DNA of 42,194 bases from a virus (lineage: Duplodnaviria; Caudoviricetes). How positions within the stretch are numbered: position 1 is the first letter of the stretch; every line of letters begins with the position of its first letter. The position numbers and the translations under genes are program-made. Below, piece after piece: positions 9,685 to 17,022 of this stretch. A model generated the notes under the pieces. It saw only the letters and a list, made by a program, of their open reading frames with translations, was not told the DNA's origin and did not search any database. The DNA is taken from the IMG/VR virus record IMGVR_UViG_3300020045_002219, positions 1 through 42,194 of that record; one strand, given 5' to 3'.

Positions 9685-11127
9685 TTGGCTTTTCCTGCTG
9701 ATACGTATTCAGAGGCGGTAGATCTTAGTATCACTGCCTCAAATCAATTACACACAATTTTAAATGGGGATTCAACAACCGAGGTTACAGTAGAAGATGG
9801 CTCTAAGATACCATCTGTACGTAAGGCTTATACTGATAGCTTATTTTTCTTATCTCCCCAACCTTGGTCTGTAGGAGAATATGAAACTGCTTATAATCAA
9901 CTAAGATCTTTTGCTGAACCTAGTGGAATCACTACTTGGTGGTTTTCTAAAACTGCAACTATATCTACCCCAATTTTGATGTCTACTACGCCTCACGAAG
10001 ATACTAATTGGACATTGTGGAATGCTATTAATAACTCTGTTTATGAAACACAAAAACGTTTAGCAGCAGAAGCTGGCTTAAACATGGTCGGTAGTTTCCT
10101 TTTAGGTGCTACTGTTACAACAACAGATGATGTTGTTTTTTATGAAACAGATGGAAAATATTATAAATGGGGCGGGAGCCTGCCTAAAACTATCTTGGCT
10201 GGAACAACACCTTCCTTATCGGGGGGTTTAGGAACTACAGCATGGATAGATTCTACTTCTTACTTACTGAAATATGTTGTTGATTACAACAAAATAAAAG
10301 CAGAAACCGACTCTCAATCAGGGATTTTATCGTTTGCCACCGATACTGGTGTGGCAAATACTTATGTGTGCAACTTCACTCCAGCTATAACAGCACGGAG
10401 TGAAGGGCAGGTACTTCGCTTTAAAGTTGCAAACACCAATACTGGCGCATCAACTATCAATGATGGCGTTAACGCTGTTCCTTTGGTTGGTGGTGCGCAT
10501 TCTGCCTTGCAGGGTGGCGAATTAGTTTCCGGTGGTGATGCATGGGTTCAATGGAATAGTACGGTTGGCACTGGATCATATGTACTACTGTTTTGTGCCG
10601 GCGCGTCAATGCAAATTTCCGATGCATCAAAATCACATCATGCTGTTAGCAAAGGGCAACTTGATGCAGCTGTTGGCCCAGCAACTGACACCACAGCTGG
10701 GATTGCAAGACGCGCTACAGATTCAGAAGAAATTGCAGGGACTTCAGATGTAGGGTTTTTAACGCCTCTAGGATTGCGCAATGCTATCAATGCTGCTGGT
10801 TCCGCTCCGATTTTCGCCGCTAGAGCTTGGGCTTGTTTTAAGCAAGTTGGCACCCAGACGATAAAAGCATCGGGGAATATTCTCTCGATCACAGATGTTG
10901 CAGTGGGTCGAACAACGCTAACATTTGCGACAGCGATGATAGATACAAACTACGCTGTCGCTGGTGCTCCAACAACGCAGGCGGGCAGCACTATCGGCCC
11001 ATACTCAACTACACCAACAACGGCTGAATCGACGTTGAAACTTACCGGATCATGCCAACTCGGATGCTGGGATAACACTGGCTCGTTAGTTGATTTTTAC
11101 GACACAAGCGTGATTTTTACGAGGTAA
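9685..11127 (+). CDS. Second tail fibre / receptor-binding protein (mosaic)
   Basis: Tailspike-type N-terminal attachment region (GSKIPSVRK; GSFLLGATV...YKWGGSLPK), prophage-type middle (DTGVANTY...ANTNTGASTI...LQGGEL), C-terminal ARAWACF...SGNILSITD...TNYAV domain. Confidence 0.85.
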   Translation: MAFPADTYSEAVDLSITASNQLHTILNGDSTTEVTVEDGSKIPSVRKAYTDSLFFLSPQPWSVGEYETAYNQLRSFAEPSGITTWWFSKTATISTPILMSTTPHEDTNWTLWNAINNSVYETQKRLAAEAGLNMVGSFLLGATVTTTDDVVFYETDGKYYKWGGSLPKTILAGTTPSLSGGLGTTAWIDSTSYLLKYVVDYNKIKAETDSQSGILSFATDTGVANTYVCNFTPAITARSEGQVLRFKVANTNTGASTINDGVNAVPLVGGAHSALQGGELVSGGDAWVQWNSTVGTGSYVLLFCAGASMQISDASKSHHAVSKGQLDAAVGPATDTTAGIARRATDSEEIAGTSDVGFLTPLGLRNAINAAGSAPIFAARAWACFKQVGTQTIKASGNILSITDVAVGRTTLTFATAMIDTNYAVAGAPTTQAGSTIGPYSTTPTTAESTLKLTGSCQLGCWDNTGSLVDFYDTSVIFTR

Positions 11128-11429
11128 TGACAATGAAAGTAATCTTATATACCGATACGGATGGTAACTTATGTGTGATCACCCCTGCGCCAGAGTTGTC
11201 TGATTTGATAACAATCAATAATATTGCTCTGGCATCAGTTCCCGTCGGAGTGTCTTACGTCATTGTTGATGAAGATTCCATTCCGAGTGACAGAACATTC
11301 AGGAATGCTTGGCAGTATGACACGAAAACGAATTCAGACGGGATTGGTGTAGCTGACGGCACCGTGATCGCCAAGCTTGAAAGCGCCAGGCTAAAATTGG
11401 TAAAAAGTGCGGGGTTTGTAGAATTATGA
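11127..11429 (+). CDS. Tail-fibre-associated chaperone, part 1
   Basis: VP.G..Y.IVD...IPSDRTFRNAW motif; coupled to fibre stop. Confidence 0.7.
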   Translation: MTMKVILYTDTDGNLCVITPAPELSDLITINNIALASVPVGVSYVIVDEDSIPSDRTFRNAWQYDTKTNSDGIGVADGTVIAKLESARLKLVKSAGFVEL

Positions 11430-11668
11430 TCACAATTAACATTCCGAAAGCAAAAGATATAGCGCATGACATACGTCGTGCAGCAAGAGCTGTTGAATTT
11501 GCACCACTCGACATCAAAGCTACAATACCAAGCGAAGCTGAGATAGCAGAAGATGCTCGGAAGGTGGTTCGTACTAAATACGACGCAATGCAGATTGCTA
11601 TCGATGCCTCGCATACGGAGGATGACCTGAAAACGGCGTTAGGTATCTCAGGCTACGGGAACACTTGA
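11426..11668 (+). CDS. Tail-fibre-associated chaperone, part 2
   Basis: ITINIPKAKDIAHDIRRAAR..EFAPLD motif; ATGA overlap with previous gene. Confidence 0.7.
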   Translation: MITINIPKAKDIAHDIRRAARAVEFAPLDIKATIPSEAEIAEDARKVVRTKYDAMQIAIDASHTEDDLKTALGISGYGNT

Positions 11669-11753
11669 TGCATTACCACGAAAGCTGATGTCAGTTAGCG
11701 ACTGGTATAGCGACCTTTCTTTACCACAGAAGCCGGACAAATATCCAAGTTAA
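11664..11753 (+). pseudogene. 3' relic of a fibre chaperone paralogous to 12386-12733
   Basis: Reads LDALPRKLMSVSDWYSDLSLPQKPDKYPS*, 16/29 identical to YDQKLRTLMSVTEWSDDLELPEKPATYPS*; no gene-length frame upstream. Confidence 0.75.
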
Positions 11754-11859
11754 TGGCTTTACGGCAATCCGCACTAAATGCCTAATTGTTCGCGTAGTTT
11801 GATTAATTCTCTCTTTTGCTGTTTTTCAAACCACGCGACCTCATTCATCATTTTTCGCG

Positions 11860-12354
11860 GCTGGCTACACCGTTGGTGTCGATTTGTCGGAAGCGGGGCT
11901 ACTTTCTGCGACAGCTATCAGTGCAAGCGCAACGAGCGCATCAGTGACCTATGCGCAAACTGTTGTTACCAGCTCGCCCTATGTTACCGCTGGAGTAGTG
12001 CAATCTACACAAGCAACCGCAGGGGTTTGGGCTACACAGCCTACCATTGTTCCTAAAGATGCAAACTTATCTAGCCTAGTTTTCGGTCTCGGATTTAGCT
12101 CTGTAGTTAACGTTATAGCATCTAATGTTACAGCCACAATATACTTCAATTTAAAACCTATTCCTAAACTAGTGTATATATCAGTGACAACTTCATCTTC
12201 TCAGTTTTTACAGTTAATAACGCCAAGTGGGACAGTTTTTTCAATTTATCAATTTACTAATAACGCACTAGTAGAGCCTGCATTATTGGTTGTTCCGCCA
12301 GGGTTTGGATACAGAGTGACAGGTGGGACGGTTTTAACTTGGCTTGAAGGGTAA
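11860..12354 (+). pseudogene. Headless tail-fibre tip fragment
   Basis: DLSEAGLLSATAI...VQSTQATAGVWATQPT resembles proteobacterial prophage fibre C-termini; no RBS or attachment domain; in-frame TGA at 11800. Confidence 0.65.
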
Positions 12355-12385
12355 TTGGTTATTAAATTTTTAGTGGAGGTTATAC

Positions 12386-12733
12386 ATGGCGGATAAGTAT
12401 TTTTACAGTGAATCTCTCGGATGGGCAATACTTGATGAAAATCATACACACCCTTTACTGATGAGTTTTATTGAAAAACCGGAGTCTGAATATCGAGAGT
12501 TTGTCAAAAGCTTGGCTATTAAGTCAAATGAAGAGAAGCTTGAGGAATTTAAAGTTGCAGTAAGATCCGCGCTTGATGCATCTGATTTAGTTGCGCTTAG
12601 GGCCTACAAGTCGGGGATCGCGTTTGGTGATGAATGGTGTGCTTATGACCAAAAATTACGAACTCTGATGTCTGTCACTGAATGGTCTGATGATTTAGAG
12701 CTGCCAGAAAAACCAGCAACATACCCTAGCTGA
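12386..12733 (+). CDS. Tail fibre assembly chaperone for the headless tip
   Basis: GGAGG RBS; ALDASDLVALR...W.AY..LR..LPEKPATYP motif. Confidence 0.75.
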   Translation: MADKYFYSESLGWAILDENHTHPLLMSFIEKPESEYREFVKSLAIKSNEEKLEEFKVAVRSALDASDLVALRAYKSGIAFGDEWCAYDQKLRTLMSVTEWSDDLELPEKPATYPS

Positions 12734-12924
12734 GTTTTTGCAAAATGTCATACGACATTTTTCTCGGTTGGCTACAAAGCATCTGTAACGTTGAGATCTA
12801 CTAGTACAATGAATTATATACGGCGATTGGATATTAGGTGGTTAAAAATAGTATTTTTCAGCGTATCTAACAACGCATGTTATCCAGAAGATTCGAAAAG
12901 TGATTATATTGCCGCGGAGTCTAA

Positions 12925-12997
12925 ATGATGCTGGATAATTTTTTTTTACAGTGAATCCAGTGGCTGGTATGTTATTGATAAAGACTTTATTTCATAG
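12925..12997 (+). pseudogene. Frameshifted 5' relic of a third chaperone paralogue
   Basis: GGAG RBS; removing one T from the T9 run (12939-12947) gives MMLDNFFYSESSGWYVIDKDFIS*, matching MADKYFYSESLGWAILDEN. Confidence 0.7.
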
Positions 12998-13032
12998 TTG
13001 CCAACGATTTACTCAAGTTAATAAGGGGTTGC

Positions 13033-13557
13033 ATGTATTATTTTATACTACTACCGATAAACCTGCTTTTTGCTTTGCTGGCGTGGGTCTTAGCGCCAAT
13101 TCTTCCCCTATTTGCTAACAATAGCGGGTGGCTACCTGACTGGTTACTTTGGTTTCAAACCCCTGACGCATCACTTGATGGTGACTCAGGTTGGAGTGAT
13201 GTCACTCAGCATCCTTTTGCAACTAAACTACCCCGCTACCTACGTCGTGTATTATGGTTGTTTAGAAACCCATCCTACGGCTTTAACTGGACAGTTTTAG
13301 CATCAAAGCCATTGCCAAAAGACTGGAGCTATAGAGGCAACATTGAGTGTGACCGCTCGCTTGGAAAAACAAGTTGGGTTTACGTTACTTGTGGTAATTA
13401 TTGGCAGGTTAGATGCTATTTGAAATACCCAAAGATAAATTACTGCTTCCAAATCAATATCGGATGGAACATTCACGAAATGTGTGTAAACAGGTTACAA
13501 GAAGGTCAAAAAGCGAAATATAGATTTACCCCTCATCCGTTTAAGAAAATGAATTAA
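13033..13557 (+). CDS. Membrane-associated phage protein closing the tail-fibre locus
   Basis: N-terminal TM helix, WFQTPDASLDGD and WLFRNP motifs; AAGGGG RBS. Confidence 0.65.
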   Translation: MYYFILLPINLLFALLAWVLAPILPLFANNSGWLPDWLLWFQTPDASLDGDSGWSDVTQHPFATKLPRYLRRVLWLFRNPSYGFNWTVLASKPLPKDWSYRGNIECDRSLGKTSWVYVTCGNYWQVRCYLKYPKINYCFQINIGWNIHEMCVNRLQEGQKAKYRFTPHPFKKMN

Positions 13558-13567
13558 ATAATGAAAT

Positions 13568-13605
13568 AAAAACCCGCTTTGATTTCTCCTTGCGGGTTTC
13601 TTTTT
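13568..13605. terminator. Bidirectional terminator between convergent modules
   Basis: AAACCCGC...GCGGGTTT stem flanked by A and T tracts. Confidence 0.75.
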
Positions 13606-13645
13606 ATCTTCTATTAGTTAAAATTCTTTATAAATCAATAACTTG

Positions 13646-15058
13646 CTAAAATGGAACGTCCAGATCATAATCATCTTCTGGTTCAGGAATATCAATATCA
13701 TTTGCAAAATCGTCAACACTAGCAGGTTCTTGCACTTCCTGTTCAATTTCTTGTTTCTGTTCTACAACAACCTTACCTTCTCGCAATTCTTGTTCTGCTT
13801 CACAAATTTCAATAAACAAATCTTCTGCAACTTTAATAAAAGAATTAATATCTTTTGTTTTCTCTGCTGCGATAATTGCAAGTTGTTGTAACATATTCAA
13901 AATTACACCCCTGTGTACAGGAGATATAGTTTCCGTATAACCGTCTTTAAATTCTTGTTTAGAAACATAATACCTAGGGAAAGTTTTTAGGAATAAAGAT
14001 TCTACATATAATGCTTCTCTAAAAGTATTAAACTTAAAGTATTCTATATTTTTAAACACAGCTTTTGTTACAGATTGTTGTTCTTTTATTCTATTTTTGA
14101 TATTATGGGTTATACCTATTTTAATGAAAGGCTTTATATTTTCATAATCTGTCCAATCCGATAAATATACATAAGTAACGCGATTCATATCAAAAATCTG
14201 ACATCTACTACCTTTATTTATAAAGTTGTGGTAAGTTGTATTATGTTCTTTTCCACAAGCACCACAGTACCAAGTAAAATAAGTGCTTTTTCCAATATAC
14301 CTATCTTTAGATATAATATAACTTTCACTATTATATTCTTTTAATAACTTATTGACTTTATATAATCTTTGCTCTTCTGTATAGTTTGGATTCTTACTAC
14401 ACCTACAAGGCATTTCACCCCTAGATAATTTATTTAAATTTGTTTTGAAAATACCAGAACATACTCCAGCTTTAGTGTACTCATCTTCTGAACATCTTCC
14501 ACATTTAAAATAATATGTCGCTTTATTTCCAGAACCATCCACTACTCGGTTTATTTCCGACCCCGTTGGAAGTTTTTGCAATAACTTTTCTATTTTTCCA
14601 GATTCTCTAACCACAGTTTCTACAGATTTTCTTTTATTTTCAGAAGAACACTCATCACAACCGTTAGGATTATGTATGTCGTTTAAAAATCTGTGTAAAA
14701 CTATAAAGTTTTCTGTATTATGTATATTACATTTTATCTTTATTTTAACAAAGGCATTAATTATTATTGGTATCTCTACTAAATAACAATTTATAGTTTC
14801 ACACTTTCTCTGTATCTTTATTAGATACTGTTCTTTACTCCATCTGTAAATTTTACTACAACCACAAGGACATACACCTCTTAAAATATCATGTAAATGA
14901 GATGTAAATATTCCTTCAGGAAATAATAGGTCATCTTTAGCACAAACTGAACACTTGACAACAGCTTTATAATACCCTTTTGCATCTTTGAAGATATTTA
15001 GTATTTCTAAATTACCATTCTCAGATTTCCATCCAATATAATCTTTTGGTTCTATCAT
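13646..15058 (-). CDS. Zn-ribbon-repeat GIY-YIG/T5orf172-type endonuclease with SSB-like acidic tail (start probably 15058)
   Basis: Duplicated KCxxC..GIF..PCxCSK..EQ units; YVYL...IKIGIT..IKNR...E...FKDGYTET; ends DDYDLDVPF. Confidence 0.75.
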   Translation of the reverse strand: MIEPKDYIGWKSENGNLEILNIFKDAKGYYKAVVKCSVCAKDDLLFPEGIFTSHLHDILRGVCPCGCSKIYRWSKEQYLIKIQRKCETINCYLVEIPIIINAFVKIKIKCNIHNTENFIVLHRFLNDIHNPNGCDECSSENKRKSVETVVRESGKIEKLLQKLPTGSEINRVVDGSGNKATYYFKCGRCSEDEYTKAGVCSGIFKTNLNKLSRGEMPCRCSKNPNYTEEQRLYKVNKLLKEYNSESYIISKDRYIGKSTYFTWYCGACGKEHNTTYHNFINKGSRCQIFDMNRVTYVYLSDWTDYENIKPFIKIGITHNIKNRIKEQQSVTKAVFKNIEYFKFNTFREALYVESLFLKTFPRYYVSKQEFKDGYTETISPVHRGVILNMLQQLAIIAAEKTKDINSFIKVAEDLFIEICEAEQELREGKVVVEQKQEIEQEVQEPASVDDFANDIDIPEPEDDYDLDVPF

Positions 15059-15076
15059 ATTTATCTTCTTAAAATT

Positions 15077-15101
15077 AAAAACCCTCAATTAAGAGGGTTT
15101 T
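15077..15101 (-). terminator. Terminator after SSB gene
   Basis: AAAACCCTC-ttaatt-GAGGGTTTTT on the minus strand. Confidence 0.7.
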
Positions 15102-15124
15102 GTAAATCTTATATTTAATGAGTT

Positions 15125-16237
15125 TTAAAACGGTATGTCTAGATCCTCATCTCCCTCTTCTTGAAAATAAGGGGTATTAATATCGGTAAAATCATTTAAC
15201 ACTGAAGGAACAGAGATTTCCATTGATTTATCCTCTGCTGGTTTTGTAATATAATCTGTCATTAAAGGAACAATCTCTGTTAAAAAGTCTTTAACGTCTT
15301 GTTCTAAACAACCTCGACTTGAGAACGAAGCACAGTTAAGAACAGCATTACCTACTGTATTACCAAGTTCACGAGCATCCATTGCTTTACCGGCTTCAGT
15401 TTCAACAAACCAAGCCTTCATTTTTGTGGTAGTATCATGGATAACTTTACCAGCTTCAAGAATACTCAAAGGATTGATCTGAATACCCTCTGAATTCAAC
15501 AGAGTTGTTGCGCCATTAAAAGCATGACAACGAAGCATTCCAATGTTTTCTTTATCTGTTTTAACAGCACCATAAGATTTAAAACCAGATTTAATATTCC
15601 CTTCACCATCAACTTGAGCTGTCAGGCGACCGCCAACAGAAACCTCGGGTCCATGCTCACCAAGAATAACTTGAACTTCTTTTGAATCTTCACCAACTAC
15701 AACTGCAACACCTTCATCAATAGATTTAATTGTTCCATAAACCTTGAAAGTCTTTGCAGAACCATTGGTAGTTTTAGCTGAATTGGAGCCTGTATGAGCT
15801 TCTTTAGAACTACCCTGTGTGGTTGCATTACCTTGTGGTTTAGGATTGATTGTAGCTTCACCAGAAGCGTTTTCTGGGGCCTCTTCCAAGATAGTAATGC
15901 TTGATTTAGAAGATTGATATGTAGGTTTCCCATTCCATTCACCAACTTTCTTAATATCAATAATAACTGTCTGTCCTTGTTTAAGTTCTTTCCACTCTTC
16001 CCCAACTTTGAACGTGATATTGTCACGATTAGATTTAAACTCACCTAATGAGATCCAAACAGATTCACCATCTTTTTCAAGCAAAACAGATGCTCGATGT
16101 GTTGATTCAATCTTCTTTCCTTGCCAAGTTGTTACTTTAGGTTCTGGAAATTTGTCCAGTTTAATAAATTTAACGATACCTTCAGCAGTTGTCTCCAGTT
16201 GTTTTTTACGATTCATTTCTTGTGTAATAACACCCAT
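15125..16237 (-). CDS. Putative single-stranded DNA-binding protein
   Basis: Beta-rich OB-like regions, acidic C-terminus EEGDEDLDIPF, located in replication module with own promoter (16362-16335). Confidence 0.6.
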   Translation of the reverse strand: MGVITQEMNRKKQLETTAEGIVKFIKLDKFPEPKVTTWQGKKIESTHRASVLLEKDGESVWISLGEFKSNRDNITFKVGEEWKELKQGQTVIIDIKKVGEWNGKPTYQSSKSSITILEEAPENASGEATINPKPQGNATTQGSSKEAHTGSNSAKTTNGSAKTFKVYGTIKSIDEGVAVVVGEDSKEVQVILGEHGPEVSVGGRLTAQVDGEGNIKSGFKSYGAVKTDKENIGMLRCHAFNGATTLLNSEGIQINPLSILEAGKVIHDTTTKMKAWFVETEAGKAMDARELGNTVGNAVLNCASFSSRGCLEQDVKDFLTEIVPLMTDYITKPAEDKSMEISVPSVLNDFTDINTPYFQEEGDEDLDIPF

Positions 16238-16362
16238 TTATATTTCCTCTTTATACAATTAATAAGTTTTACAAATTTAAAAATAGTTGCTACAAAGATT
16301 TAATTCTTATTTATCTCTATAACAACGTTTAACTATTCTATCAGATTTCTTTTGTTTGTCAA

Positions 16363-17013
16363 TCATAAATCTGTTGTTTCTAAATTATTTTCCAAGTCAT
16401 ATTTAAGTTTATTAATAACTCTAGTAAGACCTTTAATTATTAGTGTATTAGTTTGCTTTAATTTTAATACCTCTCCCCTTTCTATTTTAGCCTCTTGCCA
16501 TGCCTTGTGTGCTAATGTCTGATCTTTAAATCTTCCAAGATATTTACTTGATTTTCCATCCTTTATATAAGCAACCAACGCTTCACTATTACACCTGTTG
16601 TCAGAGTGTAGAGATACACCAACGGGGTAGCTTCCTCTAATTTTATCTGATAACACTAAGAATAGATTTATTTCTCTAGGAACAAAACAACAAGTTTCAG
16701 GACTATATGCCTTATTCTTATAAACTAACAAATCTTTATCGAGTTCCTTATTCTCCCAATCTTGGGTTTCCATCCAAGATTTGAAGTTGGAGAATAAATG
16801 CCACTCATCACAAACAGTGCAATCTTTGTATGTTGGGTTTGTGATTAAATTATCCTTACAGTAACACCTCTTCAGCATACTCACCCATTTTGTGTAGTAA
16901 GGACATCTCCAAACCCTCTTTTGTTTTCTTTTGCCACCAACACGCGGCAATTCAATGTCTCTACTGACTGGACAGTCTGCATCATTAATCCCTACACCAT
17001 ATATCTTTTTAAT
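16363..17013 (-). CDS. HNH-family homing endonuclease (extended to ATT 17013)
   Basis: KIYGVGINDAD upstream of the annotated start; W.SMLKRCY, VCDEWH.FSNF..WM, LDKD, YSPETC.FVP..IN; C-terminal YLGRF..AH.AW region. Confidence 0.82.
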   Translation of the reverse strand: MKKIYGVGINDADCPVSRDIELPRVGGKRKQKRVWRCPYYTKWVSMLKRCYCKDNLITNPTYKDCTVCDEWHLFSNFKSWMETQDWENKELDKDLLVYKNKAYSPETCCFVPREINLFLVLSDKIRGSYPVGVSLHSDNRCNSEALVAYIKDGKSSKYLGRFKDQTLAHKAWQEAKIERGEVLKLKQTNTLIIKGLTRVINKLKYDLENNLETTDL

Positions 17014-17022
17014 AATTATCTC

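Noticed and set aside
11778-12056. 92-aa ORF overlapping the headless tip
   Set aside because: Cys/Arg-rich alternative frame spanning a mosaic junction; the other frame carries the fibre-like sequence
9685-13000. Invertible tail-fibre switch (Gin/Cin/shufflon) or DGR
   Set aside because: All fibre and chaperone pieces are on the + strand; no recombinase, reverse transcriptase, inverted crossover repeats or adenine-variant TR/VR pair is visible. The shared ACTTGATGCA (10659, 11663) is only 10 bp and explained by Leu-Asp-Ala codons.
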